Shown here: positions 10,873 through 21,482 of the stretch, one piece after another
Layout of the letters: every line of letters starts with the position of its first letter
Position numbering within the stretch: the first letter of the stretch is position 1
Assembly (NCBI GenBank): GCA_016342655.1
Contig: JAEINL010000007.1
Coordinates: 4,919 to 68,918, forward strand
Source of the DNA: Sphaerochaeta sp.
Lineage (GTDB): Bacteria > Spirochaetota > Spirochaetia > Sphaerochaetales > Sphaerochaetaceae
Direction: 5' to 3'
DNA length: 64,000 nt
Notes under the pieces: generated by a model
Databases searched by the model: none
Told to the model about the DNA's origin: nothing
What the model saw: only the letters and a program-made list of their open reading frames with translations
Made by a program: the position numbers and the translations under genes

Positions 10873-11876
10873 GGCTTACTCCTTAGATTATTGCGAAGAA
10901 TAGTATTCTGCCCGAATAGGAAGTACCCCATAAAGGCACATACTGTCTGTTGAAATACGATCCCAAAGATTACAGGTAGGGCTGTCTGGGCAGGAAAGAA
11001 CTCGATGGAAAGCACGAGGGCTGCACTGATATTCCTCAGGGATGTGGCAAAGGTGATGCTTATGTTCTCCTCGTAGGGAATCTTGAACAGCTTGCCTAGG
11101 GTATAGGATAGGGGGTATCCGATGGCAGCGAGCAAGGCACAAAGCAACGCTATGGGAAGATAGGCCCAGGAAGCGTCTGAGAGCAAACGCTCTGAGACAA
11201 GGGAGGTATTGATGATGATGACAAAGAAGAGGGCTATTTTGGCAAACGGCTTGAGTGAAGGAGCCAGATGGACAGTAACCCCTCCTTTGGTGAGGCTATT
11301 CAGCGATATACCCAGCAGGGAAGGTATGGCCACCATTTTCAGAAGGGAAAGCATCATAGAGGTGCTGTCGATGGTTACATTGCTCTGCGTAAGAAAGCTA
11401 ATGGTAAGGGGAGTCAACAGTGGTGCCATAATTGTTGAAACGAGGATAAGGGTAAGCGAAAGCGCTCCGTTACCCTTGTAGATGGCACTCCAGATATACC
11501 CTGATACTGCAGTGGGTATGGACAGTAGCAAGACATAGCCTGTCACTACAGCAGGCTCAGAGCCAAAGAAAAGGGAGGCAAGCGCCCAGGCGAGGACCGG
11601 CATGATGATATTTGTGCCTAGGAAGAAGACGAGGATGTTCTTGGGTTTCTTGACTACCTTCAGGAAGCTTGAGGAGCTGATGCCCAAGGCTCCGCTAAAG
11701 GTAAGGAAGGCAAACAGCCAACTAACCGAGGGCTTCATCCATGAGACGCGAGAGCCCAGGATAAGGCCGACAAGTACCCCGAGCGGGGTAATGATAGGCA
11801 TAAGACGCTCTAGAGCTTTGTTCAGTCTGGTAAGACTTGTCTCGATGGTTTGAAAATGAAACATTGTTCCAATCAT
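10851..11876 (-). CDS. Bile acid:sodium symporter (BASS) family transporter
   Basis: About 9-10 hydrophobic segments; PTAVS, GNGALSL and RNISAALVL motifs. Start could be 11864. Confidence 0.85.
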   Translation of the reverse strand: MIGTMFHFQTIETSLTRLNKALERLMPIITPLGVLVGLILGSRVSWMKPSVSWLFAFLTFSGALGISSSSFLKVVKKPKNILVFFLGTNIIMPVLAWALASLFFGSEPAVVTGYVLLLSIPTAVSGYIWSAIYKGNGALSLTLILVSTIMAPLLTPLTISFLTQSNVTIDSTSMMLSLLKMVAIPSLLGISLNSLTKGGVTVHLAPSLKPFAKIALFFVIIINTSLVSERLLSDASWAYLPIALLCALLAAIGYPLSYTLGKLFKIPYEENISITFATSLRNISAALVLSIEFFPAQTALPVIFGIVFQQTVCAFMGYFLFGQNTILRNNLRSKPCKQSQT

Positions 11877-12147
11877 ATCCTTGAGTAAGTTGAACTGTCA
11901 AGCACAGTGTTGCCCTAGGGTATGTCGTATACAGGGTTAATGATGCATGTAAGCCTCTGCCTTCTGTAATTGGTAGCAATATAAAGAGAGAAAAACTTCA
12001 TCTTTTGGTGTGTTTTTTGTCAAAATATGAGTGCTCGATGCAAAAGAACCTGAAATACACAAGGATTGAGCAGTAGTTCTCAGAGAGAGTACTTGGGTTC
12101 AGTACAGTATCTTAATTGCAAACAAAGAATATTGGAATCTCCGGCAA

Positions 12148-15100
12148 ATGGATGATACTGTAGAGCTTGAGGAGTTACGCTTGGAAACAACAGAGAGCAA
12201 GAGAATAGGACTCGTCCTTGCATCAATCCATACAGGGGCCGCAAACGCCCTCTGGTCTGATATAGCCCGATTCTCCCAAGAGGAGGGCAACACACTCTTT
12301 GTCTTTCCTGGGGGGAGGCTGGAGTGTCTGGAAGACCACGAGCATCTTCGTAACTCCCTGTATCCCTTGGTGCATAGCGGTAATCTTGACGGCATCATCG
12401 TCTGGGGATCCTCCTTGGGGGGATCTGTTAGCATTGAAGAGGTGCAGCAGCAGTACAGACGGTTTGGACTACTGCCCTGTGTTACCCTGGGTCTGAAGCG
12501 TGAGGGATTTCCTAATATAGCGTTTGATGCCTACTGTGGGGTAATGGGACTCCTTCAGCACTGCATCACTGTCCATGGGGCAAAACGTATTGCCTTTATC
12601 AGAGGACCTGAGAACCACCTTTCCTCGGATGATCGCTACCGAGCCTATATCGATACTCTCAAGCAGAATGGCTTTGCCTATGATCCCCTTCTGGTGACCG
12701 ATCCCTTCCCTTGGACTGAGGGGGACAAGGCTGTCGAACAGCTCTTGCTGGAAAGGGCTCTTCAGCCAGGGGTGGACTTTGACCTGCTTGCCTGCTCGAG
12801 TGACATGATGATGTTCGCTGCCGGTAAGAAGCTGGAGGAATTGGGATATAGCATACCTGAAGACAGTAAAATCATTGGATTCAACGACAGCAGTGAAAGC
12901 CATCTTTTGAAGGTGCCTTGCACTACAGCAAAGATGCCTGTCATGCAGATGGCCCTGATGGCTTGGGGCATGATCGCTCAGATGGTGGGAAAAAAGAGCG
13001 ATTTCGCTCCTGATATACTCCTACCTTGTGAATCGGTAATCCGTCAATCCTGTGGATGTGAGTACACCCTCGGAGGATATGACCATGCCAAAGGGGTATT
13101 TACCGACAAAGAGGCTTTTTTATCCTATCTCGCTGATACCTTTGCCTTGGAAGCGCAGGTATCGAAAGAGGTTGCAGAGGTATGTTCCCTCAGTTCAGGA
13201 TTGTCGGGAAAGGGGGACGACAAGACTGTCTCTCAAATCTTGTCCAAGGTTGCAAACTTGGTCTATACCTTCCTTGACAAGGGAGGAGACCCAAGCCAAC
13301 TCAGTGAAGCCTTGCACTGGTATTCACTCTTTTATGCAAATGAGACTTTTTTGCTTCGTATGGGTGATGCCATTAGGGATCTCTTTCTTCGTCAGCACTC
13401 CTTGATCGCTCATGAACATGCCTACGCTCTTTCCCTACGGACCAAACATCTTAATTCATTCAAAAGCGACCTCTTGGGAGTGCGGACCCTCAGTTCCCAT
13501 CCCCAACTCCTCCTGAGGCATCTTCCCCCCTTGGGCATAGAGGGGTGTCTGATAGTCCTCAACGATGATGAAAATATGAGTCGGTTTGTCGGGGGATTTG
13601 AGGCGGCCAGGCTGTACGAGAAGGAAATCCTTTTCAACAAGTCGGACTTGCTTCCTCCCTCAATCAACGAGCACCTGGCAACAGGGGTCTATGTAGTCGA
13701 ACCACTTTTTATGGAAAACCAACCACTTGGCTATCTGGTGATAAAGACAATGCTATTTGAGGGAAGCATCATGGAAGAGTTGCGAACGGCCTTAAGCAGT
13801 TCGATACAGGCTTCCTTTCTCCTTGATGAGGCAAACAAGGCAAAGGAACTCGCTGAGCGTGCACAACGGGCACGCACCGAATTCTTTGCCAATGTCAGTG
13901 AGGGGCTTCGCAACCCTCTTGAGGAGATTCAGGCACAAGTGGAGACACTCAAGGGGGAGCAGTATGCTGCCTTAAAGAGTGCAGTGCACGAGAAAGTCTT
14001 CCAGGCAACCCATCTGTTGGACCTCTCCCTCAGTGAAACCGGCGAGCTGGAACTCGATTGTCAGGTCCTTGATCCCACCTCCCTTATAGAGGAGGTGGTA
14101 TGGCAGAACACTATTGCCTATGAAGGGCCTGAGTGCTTGCCTGCCATCATTGCTGACCGCTTTAGGGTTAAGCAGGTATGTACCATCCTCGCTAATCACT
14201 TGCAGAAGGAGGGATCTAAGGTCAGCCTTTCCACTGCTATCCTTTCAGAAGGTCTGGTATTTTCCTTCAAGTCCTCTTCGCAAGGGTGGCAGGCCTTTCT
14301 CAGCAAGCAGGACCCTGGTATCAGCCTTGCAGAGAGCCTCATACTGCTTCATGGAGGATCGTTCTGGTTCCAGCAGAATGCCGTTTCATTCAGACTTCCC
14401 TGGCCTACACTCTCCATGGAGAGTCCCTCTTTAGTGGATCTTCCCTTTGTGTATATCACCGATGAGCAGGAGTCGGGCCTTCCTCCCTCCTTCTCCTCCA
14501 TGCAAAAGGTCTCAATGATGAGTGCCTCCTCCTTGCTGCAGAAAATTCAGGGACTCTCTAGGTTCGGGGGGATCCTATGGGATGCCCGCAGGAAGAGCCC
14601 TGCTCTTATGCTCCTTCTACACCAGTTGGTTCATGCGAAGAAGGCAAGCCCGCTGGCATTTGTCTGTTTAGGCTGTCCTAGTGGAGCTTCATCGCTCAGA
14701 GGAGCCCTCAACTTTGCAAGCGGAGAGCTTATGGTCATTTCGTTGGGACAGATTCCAGCAGAGATTGCCTCCCTTCTCTCTCCTACTGAGGGTTTGTCCC
14801 TGCAGACAGAAGAGGAGTATTGGCAGCTTGAGGGTGAGAAAGAACCCTCAATGCTTGTGACCGATACTCTCTCCCTTGGCTTTTTTAGAGAAATCTGCAA
14901 GAAGAAAACCGGCTCTTCCTTGCCCATTGTGCTGATTCGGGACTCCTTCAGCTCCCAAGAGGTCGATGATCTTAGCCTCCTGCCCAACCTTCTTATGGTA
15001 CATACCTCAGTTGTAGCGAGCAGTGAGCTGCTTTCCCGACTTATTGCCTTGGGAGGGGGTGAGGACCTTCTCCCTCCTTTGACCTCCGCGCTGGTAAAGA

Positions 15101-15399
15101 AAGCTCAACTCTATATTGGAGAGCACGCCACCAAACAGTTTTCCCGTTGGCAGCTTGCCGAGGCGGTGAATGTAAGTGAAGACTACCTGACCCGTATTTT
15201 CAGACGGGAAATCGGGCTTTCCCCTTGGGATTACCTAAACCGTCATCGCGTCTATCTTGCCACTGAACTGCTCAGGCAGACCACCCTCACTATCAACGAG
15301 ATAGCGAGTAGGACAGGCTTCCAGGACCAGGCCTATTTCTGCAGGGTATTCAAGAAGATCAAGGGATTCCCCCCGGGAAAAGAACGTACCGGCGAATAA
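12148..15399 (+). CDS. Hybrid regulator: LacI-type ligand-binding domain, degenerate HisKA/HATPase-like region, C-terminal AraC HTH
   Basis: IAFIRGP...DRYRAY and IPED.KIIGFND (LacI/PBP fold); FFANVSEGLRNPL (H-box-like); YLTRIFRREIG...GFQDQAYFCRVFKK (AraC). Confidence 0.85.
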   Translation: MDDTVELEELRLETTESKRIGLVLASIHTGAANALWSDIARFSQEEGNTLFVFPGGRLECLEDHEHLRNSLYPLVHSGNLDGIIVWGSSLGGSVSIEEVQQQYRRFGLLPCVTLGLKREGFPNIAFDAYCGVMGLLQHCITVHGAKRIAFIRGPENHLSSDDRYRAYIDTLKQNGFAYDPLLVTDPFPWTEGDKAVEQLLLERALQPGVDFDLLACSSDMMMFAAGKKLEELGYSIPEDSKIIGFNDSSESHLLKVPCTTAKMPVMQMALMAWGMIAQMVGKKSDFAPDILLPCESVIRQSCGCEYTLGGYDHAKGVFTDKEAFLSYLADTFALEAQVSKEVAEVCSLSSGLSGKGDDKTVSQILSKVANLVYTFLDKGGDPSQLSEALHWYSLFYANETFLLRMGDAIRDLFLRQHSLIAHEHAYALSLRTKHLNSFKSDLLGVRTLSSHPQLLLRHLPPLGIEGCLIVLNDDENMSRFVGGFEAARLYEKEILFNKSDLLPPSINEHLATGVYVVEPLFMENQPLGYLVIKTMLFEGSIMEELRTALSSSIQASFLLDEANKAKELAERAQRARTEFFANVSEGLRNPLEEIQAQVETLKGEQYAALKSAVHEKVFQATHLLDLSLSETGELELDCQVLDPTSLIEEVVWQNTIAYEGPECLPAIIADRFRVKQVCTILANHLQKEGSKVSLSTAILSEGLVFSFKSSSQGWQAFLSKQDPGISLAESLILLHGGSFWFQQNAVSFRLPWPTLSMESPSLVDLPFVYITDEQESGLPPSFSSMQKVSMMSASSLLQKIQGLSRFGGILWDARRKSPALMLLLHQLVHAKKASPLAFVCLGCPSGASSLRGALNFASGELMVISLGQIPAEIASLLSPTEGLSLQTEEEYWQLEGEKEPSMLVTDTLSLGFFREICKKKTGSSLPIVLIRDSFSSQEVDDLSLLPNLLMVHTSVVASSELLSRLIALGGGEDLLPPLTSALVKKAQLYIGEHATKQFSRWQLAEAVNVSEDYLTRIFRREIGLSPWDYLNRHRVYLATELLRQTTLTINEIASRTGFQDQAYFCRVFKKIKGFPPGKERTGE

Positions 15400-15603
15400 C
15401 AGATGACTGAAAAGTACAAGAGTCTCCCTGCATTGTAGGCCGAGCCTGTCATATGCTTGAGACACGAGGTTCAATGGTTGTATGTCACAAGTACCTGGCA
15501 AAAAAAAGAGGCTCAAGCGACCCGAGACATGTTCTACACAGGATCTTGCCATTACCTTTTCTCAAGGATGGCTAGTAATTGCCGTGTAGAACAATTTCTT
15601 TGT

Positions 15604-15632
15604 TTGACAACAGCAGAAGGTGATTGTAGAAT
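15604..15632 (+). promoter_or_regulatory. sigma70-type promoter of the nucleoside ABC operon
   Basis: TTGACA-N17-TAGAAT about 50 bp upstream of the ATG. Confidence 0.75.
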
Positions 15633-15683
15633 AGACAAGTAATGAGTCTTTATAATCACGCACGGAAAATAGGAGAAACTGTA

Positions 15684-16766
15684 ATGAAGAAACTAACTGT
15701 TGTGTTATGTATTTTTCTCATGCTCGGTTCCATGGCATTTGCCCAGGGATCGGACGAAGCCAAAGGTAAAAGCAATCTTCGCGTAGGAATGGTAACTGAT
15801 GCTGGTACGATTGATGACAAGTCTTTCAACCAGGGTACTTGGGAAGGTATCAAGAGAGCTGGTATTGACTATGCTCTTGATACCAAATATCTCAAGCCTT
15901 CCGGCACAACTGAAGCTGACTACCTGAAAGAGATCGGCAACCTTGTTGATGCTGGGTATAACTTGATCGTATGTCCCGGATTCAAATTTGAGACCACTCT
16001 TTTTGAAGCTCAGGACAAGTATCCTAACGTAAAGTTCGTCATCCTTGACGGCGAGCCCCACAGTGCTGACTACTCCACCTTCCGCATTGAGAAGAACGTT
16101 GTTGGCGTCTACTGGGCAGAACATGAATCTGGCTTCCTCGCAGGTTTCGCTGCAGCCCTTCAGATGAAGGATTCCGAGTTTGGTTTCGTAGGTGGTATGG
16201 AGATTCCTGCTGTACAGAAGTTCAACTGGGGCTTCCAACAGGGTGTTAACTATGCCAACAAGAACTTTGGCACCAAGATTGTCATGAAACAGGGAAACAA
16301 CCTCTACCAGGGCACGTTTAGCGATGTCGGTGCAGGACAGCAGATTGCAGCATCCATGTATGACAAGGGTGTTAAGGTCATCTTCGCAGCCGCTGGTGGT
16401 GTTGGTGTTGGTGTTATCAACGAAGCCAAGAACCGTGCAGCAAATGGACAGGATGTCTGGGTCATCGGTGTTGATGTTGACCAGTATCCTGAAGGCCTGA
16501 TGAGTGCTGGTGGAAAGTCCATCATCCTCACATCCGCCATGAAGTACCTCGACCGCGCTTCCTATGACATGATCAAGGCAGAGCTCAACGGCAATTTCCC
16601 TGGTGGTGAAGTCCTCCATCTTGATGCATCCAACGATGGCGTTGGTATCCCAGTGAAGAACCAGAACCTCTCTGTGAGTGTCACAGACGAAGTTGCTAAA
16701 GTCTATGCAATGATGAAGAGTGGTGAAGTTAAAGTCGCCGCTGCCAAAGACGGCCTTTTCAAATAA
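15684..16766 (+). CDS. BMP family ABC transporter substrate-binding protein (nucleoside)
   Basis: Signal peptide, DAGTIDDKSFNQ, FAAAGGVG, IGVDVDQ, TSAMK; RBS AGGAGA. Confidence 0.93.
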   Translation: MKKLTVVLCIFLMLGSMAFAQGSDEAKGKSNLRVGMVTDAGTIDDKSFNQGTWEGIKRAGIDYALDTKYLKPSGTTEADYLKEIGNLVDAGYNLIVCPGFKFETTLFEAQDKYPNVKFVILDGEPHSADYSTFRIEKNVVGVYWAEHESGFLAGFAAALQMKDSEFGFVGGMEIPAVQKFNWGFQQGVNYANKNFGTKIVMKQGNNLYQGTFSDVGAGQQIAASMYDKGVKVIFAAAGGVGVGVINEAKNRAANGQDVWVIGVDVDQYPEGLMSAGGKSIILTSAMKYLDRASYDMIKAELNGNFPGGEVLHLDASNDGVGIPVKNQNLSVSVTDEVAKVYAMMKSGEVKVAAAKDGLFK

Positions 16767-16788
16767 GGTTCGCTTTTAGTCCTCAATG

Positions 16789-16817
16789 CAAGGGTCACCG
16801 CACAAAGGTGGCCCTTG
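16789..16817 (+). terminator. Intergenic stem-loop after the binding-protein gene
   Basis: CAAGGGTCACC-gcacaaa-GGTGGCCCTTG; no long U tract, so possibly an mRNA stabiliser. Confidence 0.55.
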
Positions 16818-16878
16818 TGTGCTATTATAGACCCATCTTACACTACACGCCTTGCGTGTCCTCATAGGGAGTTCACCA

Positions 16879-18399
16879 ATGAGTCATGTTATTGAAATGC
16901 TAAACATCCGTAAGGAGTTTCCTGGTATTGTCGCCAATGATGATATAACCTTGCAGGTTGAGCAAGGGGAGATTCATGCTATTCTCGGAGAGAATGGCGC
17001 GGGAAAATCTACCTTGATGAGCATCCTTTTCGGTTTGTATCATGCCGATAAAGGGAAAATTAAAGTAAGGGGTAAGGAAGTCTCCATAAACAGCCCCAAT
17101 GATGCCAATGACCTTGGTATCGGAATGGTCCACCAGCACTTCCAGTTGGTTAATAACTATACAGTTACAGAGAACATTATCCTTGGCAAAGAGGGAAAGT
17201 TTTTTCTTGACCGACGCTCTGCATCTAAAGACATCAAAGCCCTTTCTGAAAAGTATGGGCTAAATATTGATCCTGATATGATAATCGAGGACATTACAGT
17301 CGGTATGCAACAACGTGTGGAAATCCTGAAGATGCTCTACCGCGATGCTGAGATACTTATACTTGACGAACCCACAGCAGTGCTTACCCCTCAGGAGATT
17401 ATCGACCTTATGCAGATTATGCGTAACCTGGTCGCTGAGGGCAAGTCGGTTATTCTCATCACCCATAAGCTCAATGAGATCAAGGCAGTGGCCGACCGGT
17501 GCACCGTCATCAGGCGTGGCAAGCTTATTGGAGTGGTGGATGTGAAAAAAACCTCACCAGCTGAGATGGCCTCCATGATGGTCGGCCGTCCTGTAAACTT
17601 CACTGTCGAGAAGAAACCTGCACAGGTAGGTAGGGTCATCCTTGAACTCTACGACCTGAAGGTGATGAACAGCAAGAAGATGCTTGGCGTGAAGGGGATT
17701 AACCTTTCGGTTAAGAGTGGGGAGATTGTTGGCATTGCTGGTGTCGATGGCAACGGCCAGACTGAACTTATCGAAGCAATAACCGGTCTGATACCTGTAG
17801 AGAGCGGAACCATCGTCCTTGATGGCAATGACATCACCAATGCCTCCGTACGTAAGCGTAATGAGATAGGACTGGGGCATATCCCTGAAGACAGGCAGAA
17901 GCGCGGTCTTGTAATGGAGAGCTCAATCTTCAATAACGTCGCTATCAAGGAGTTTTACCATCCTCCTTTCAGTAAGCATGGGATTCTCAATGCTGACTAC
18001 CTTGAGCACTATGCCCAGGATGTGATTACCCAGTTTGATGTCCGTAGCGGCGAGGGTATCTACTCTCTTGCTGGAAAGCTATCTGGAGGAAATCAGCAGA
18101 AGCTCATTGTAGGGCGTGAAGTTGTCTCTGACCCGGAACTGCTCATTGCTGTGCAGCCAACCAGAGGCTTGGATGTCGGGGCAATTGAATATATCCACTC
18201 ACAACTGATCGCACACCGCGACAAGGGCCATGCGGTGTTGTTGGTATCCTTTGAACTTGATGAGATTTTCAATCTCTCAGATCGAATTGCTGTCATGTAC
18301 TCAGGGGAGATCATCGATGTGGTGAAGACCGAAGATGCTGATGAACAGTCTATTGGTCTGATGATGGCAGGCGTTAGGCAGAAGGAAGGTACACGATGA
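16879..18399 (+). CDS. Nucleoside/sugar ABC transporter ATP-binding protein (two NBDs)
   Basis: GENGAGKS, LDEPT, LSGGNQQK, QPTRGLD. Confidence 0.95.
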   Translation: MSHVIEMLNIRKEFPGIVANDDITLQVEQGEIHAILGENGAGKSTLMSILFGLYHADKGKIKVRGKEVSINSPNDANDLGIGMVHQHFQLVNNYTVTENIILGKEGKFFLDRRSASKDIKALSEKYGLNIDPDMIIEDITVGMQQRVEILKMLYRDAEILILDEPTAVLTPQEIIDLMQIMRNLVAEGKSVILITHKLNEIKAVADRCTVIRRGKLIGVVDVKKTSPAEMASMMVGRPVNFTVEKKPAQVGRVILELYDLKVMNSKKMLGVKGINLSVKSGEIVGIAGVDGNGQTELIEAITGLIPVESGTIVLDGNDITNASVRKRNEIGLGHIPEDRQKRGLVMESSIFNNVAIKEFYHPPFSKHGILNADYLEHYAQDVITQFDVRSGEGIYSLAGKLSGGNQQKLIVGREVVSDPELLIAVQPTRGLDVGAIEYIHSQLIAHRDKGHAVLLVSFELDEIFNLSDRIAVMYSGEIIDVVKTEDADEQSIGLMMAGVRQKEGTR

Positions 18400-19517
18400 G
18401 TGACATAGAGAACAAAGAGTCAAAAAGCAACGCCTTCCTCATTGCTGTCAGTGCAGTCCTGCTGGGTCTTTTGGCAGGCGCGATTCTTATGGCCGCAATA
18501 GGAAGCAACCCTTTTACTGGATTTTGGTACCTGTTTCGTGGGGGCTTGATGAATATCGAGCGGATTGGAAACACGCTGGCCACTGCGACAAACCTCATGT
18601 TGGTAGGTCTCTCTGTTGCCTTTGCCTTCAGAACAGGCCTGTTTAATATTGGTGCCTCAGGTCAGATGCTTGTGGGTGGGTTGTGTGCAACCTTGGTAGC
18701 ACATAACGTCTTCCTACCTCGGCCTCTGTACCTGGCGGTCCTTGTTCTCTCAGCTCTGCTTGGAGGAGCTGTCTGGGGTGTCATCCCCGGATTCCTGAAA
18801 GCTAAGTTCAATGTTCATGAGGTTGTTGCAACCATCATGATGAACTGGATAGCCTACTGGTCTGTCTACTACTTTGTCCCTGCCTACTTGAAGGGACCTT
18901 CGCTTGAGACAGAGTCTGCAAGCATTGCCATAGGGCAGACCTTGCGCTCCCCTTGGCTTACAAGCATATTCAAGGGGTCCTACATGAATCTGGGATTTTT
19001 TGTGGCAATAGCATCAGTCATCATCATCAAGTTTGTTTTGGACAAGACAACCCTAGGTTTTGAATTGAAGGCGGTAGGGTCAAACAGGGATTGTGCAGAG
19101 TATGCTGGTATCAAGGTCAATAAGAATGTGATCCTCTCCATGATGATTGCAGGCGGGCTTGCAGGTCTTGCAGGCCTTACCTTCTATACAGGGTATTCCC
19201 GTAATATGCAGATCGGAGTGCTTCCTTCCCAAGGATTTGATGGAATAGCAGTCGCCCTGCTAGGGGCTAGCAATCCTCTGGGGGTATTCTTCAGTTCGCT
19301 TTTCTTTGGTGTCCTGCAGTCTGGTAAGGGATTCATGAACGCAATGACCAACATTCCCCCCGAGATTGCCGATACCATCATAGCGGTCATCATCTACTTC
19401 ACGGCAACCAGTATCCTGTTCAAGCGTATTTGGGAGGCTCTGTTTAAAAAGCTTTCGCGAGACAAGAAAGACAAAAAAGACGCCGCTGATGCACAAACAA
19501 GCAAGGAGGTGAAATAA
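18396..19517 (+). CDS. Nucleoside ABC transporter permease
   Basis: GLFNIGASGQ, GFDGIAVALLG; multiple TM segments. Confidence 0.93.
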   Translation: MSDIENKESKSNAFLIAVSAVLLGLLAGAILMAAIGSNPFTGFWYLFRGGLMNIERIGNTLATATNLMLVGLSVAFAFRTGLFNIGASGQMLVGGLCATLVAHNVFLPRPLYLAVLVLSALLGGAVWGVIPGFLKAKFNVHEVVATIMMNWIAYWSVYYFVPAYLKGPSLETESASIAIGQTLRSPWLTSIFKGSYMNLGFFVAIASVIIIKFVLDKTTLGFELKAVGSNRDCAEYAGIKVNKNVILSMMIAGGLAGLAGLTFYTGYSRNMQIGVLPSQGFDGIAVALLGASNPLGVFFSSLFFGVLQSGKGFMNAMTNIPPEIADTIIAVIIYFTATSILFKRIWEALFKKLSRDKKDKKDAADAQTSKEVK

Positions 19518-19518
19518 T

Positions 19519-20451
19519 ATGTGGGTAACCCTTACACAGATTTTTCCCTATGCAATAGCATATACCATACCCCTGCTGGTCACCTCACTTGGTGGGCTGT
19601 ACAGCGAACGAAGCGGAGTGACAAACATAGGTCTGGAAGGCCTTATGCTTGTCGGATACTTTGCCTCGGCGATTACCATCAAGCTGACAGAAGCGACGCT
19701 TGGCGTCAATGCGTTACCGGTGGGGCTTCTTGTTGGAGTTCTGGCTGGAGCAATTTTTTCCCTGTTGCATGCCTTTGCCTCCATCAACCTACGCGCTGAC
19801 CAGATTATCAGTGGAACTGCCATCAACATGTTGGCAGGTGCCCTTACTGTCTATCTTGCCCGCACCATTTCAGGAAGCGGAAATGTGCGCATCTTCATGG
19901 GAATCGTTCGTAAGGACATCCCTTTCCTCTCGGAGGTACCCATTCTCGGACCCCTGTTATTTAGCCAGACCTACTGGACAACCTGGTTGTGCCTACTCAT
20001 CTGGGCTCTCTCCTGGGTATTGCTCTACAAGACATCCTTTGGCTTGCGCCTCAGGGCTTGTGGAGAGCATCCATCAGCGGTAGCTTCTGCAGGTGTCAAT
20101 GTGCATTTTATGCGCTACTTCGGTGTTATCATGAGCGGAGCCCTAGCAGGCCTTGGTGGCTCTGTCATCCTGATCACCTACTCTGGCGAGTTCAACGGGA
20201 CTGTTGCCGGTTTGGGATTCCTCGCTCTTGCTGCCCTTATCTTCGGGCAGTGGAAGCCTCTTGGCATTCTCGGTGCGACCTTCTTCTTTGGTATCGCCAC
20301 CACCATTGCCAATGTTTCGCAGGTTATCCCTTCCCTAAATGTGATACCCCCGGTAATATTCAAGGTATTTCCATATATTGCAACCTTGCTTGCCTTGGTT
20401 CTCTTCTCCAAGAAGTCGGCGGCACCGAAAGCCATAGGAGAGCCTTTCTAG
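19519..20451 (+). CDS. Nucleoside ABC transporter permease
   Basis: SERSGVTNIGLEG, GLRLRACGEHP, GFLALAALIFGQW. Confidence 0.93.
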   Translation: MWVTLTQIFPYAIAYTIPLLVTSLGGLYSERSGVTNIGLEGLMLVGYFASAITIKLTEATLGVNALPVGLLVGVLAGAIFSLLHAFASINLRADQIISGTAINMLAGALTVYLARTISGSGNVRIFMGIVRKDIPFLSEVPILGPLLFSQTYWTTWLCLLIWALSWVLLYKTSFGLRLRACGEHPSAVASAGVNVHFMRYFGVIMSGALAGLGGSVILITYSGEFNGTVAGLGFLALAALIFGQWKPLGILGATFFFGIATTIANVSQVIPSLNVIPPVIFKVFPYIATLLALVLFSKKSAAPKAIGEPF

Positions 20452-20474
20452 AACAGGTACGATAGTTTTATGTG

Positions 20475-20632
20475 ATTCCCCAACGAAGCGAGAGTAGCAC
20501 AAGCATTACCAAGGTTCCATTACCGAGCGAGTGCCGGGAAAGCAAGGTAAGATACGTGAGCCCCTTGGGGCGGAAAAGGAGGCAACGCCTCCTCTTTCTA
20601 GGGCTTGCCCTAGGGTATTGATACCTTTCATT
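20475..20632 (+). repeat. Dispersed ~158-bp structured repeat, copy 1
   Basis: ATTCCCCAACGAAGCGAGAG...GATACCTTTCATT; near-identical to 30626-30783 and 49043-49199. Confidence 0.95.
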
Positions 20633-20651
20633 AAGTAGTATTGGAGGAAAT

Positions 20652-21482
20652 ATGGAAAATCTGAACGAGAAGATGCAAGAAGCGGCGATGTACATTACCT
20701 CGCGAATTGGTGATGAGCCTGTGCTTATTGGTATGGTGCTGGGTAGTGGACTAGGCGATTTGGCTGAACAGCTGGATGATCGCATCTACATTTCCTATAA
20801 GGATATTCCATTCTTCCCAGTCTCCACGGTCTTTGGTCACAAGGGTCGTCTTGTGGTAGGGGTTTTGGAAGGCAAGCGCGTGATGTGCATGCAAGGCCGC
20901 TTCCACTACTACGAGGGCTATGGGATGGACCAGGTGGTGTTCCCTATCCAGGTGATGCATGCCCTAGGCATCAGCAACCTGTTGGTCACCAATGCTGCAG
21001 GGGGGGTGAACACCTCCTTCAGCCCTGGGGACCTCATGTTGATCACCGACCATATCAAGCTCGTCGCAGACAGTCCTATGCGTGGGCCAAACAATGACAA
21101 GCTGGGTTCCCGCTTTTTCGATATGTCCAACACCTATGATAGGGACCTGATGGCCATTGCCCGACAGGAAGCATCTTCCTTGGGCATGAAGTTGCAGGAA
21201 GGTGTCTATATGTTCTTTGCCGGACCTTCCTATGAGACCCCTGCTGAGGTTAGAGCCGCACGCATATTGGGTAGTGATGCTGTGGGCATGTCCACAGTCC
21301 CTGAGGCAATTGCAGCGAGCCATATGCGTATGAAGGTATTGGGCATCAGTTGCATCACCAACATGGCTGCAGGAATCCTCGACCAGCCTCTTAACCATGA
21401 GGAGGTGATGGAGACCAGTGAAAAGGTCAAGGAAGCCTTTGCCTCCTTGATTTGTGGGGTTACCCGCTCATGGCCGGCATGA
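20652..21482 (+). CDS. punA: Purine-nucleoside phosphorylase (trimeric type)
   Basis: LGSGLG, GRFHYYEGY, TNAAGG, GPSYETPAE, VGMSTVPE, TNMAAG. Confidence 0.93.
   Translation: MENLNEKMQEAAMYITSRIGDEPVLIGMVLGSGLGDLAEQLDDRIYISYKDIPFFPVSTVFGHKGRLVVGVLEGKRVMCMQGRFHYYEGYGMDQVVFPIQVMHALGISNLLVTNAAGGVNTSFSPGDLMLITDHIKLVADSPMRGPNNDKLGSRFFDMSNTYDRDLMAIARQEASSLGMKLQEGVYMFFAGPSYETPAEVRAARILGSDAVGMSTVPEAIAASHMRMKVLGISCITNMAAGILDQPLNHEEVMETSEKVKEAFASLICGVTRSWPA

Noticed and set aside
11910-11923. TTGCCCTAGGGTAT matching part of repeat copy 1
   Set aside because: Only 14 nt and the flanks do not align, so it cannot be told apart from chance.
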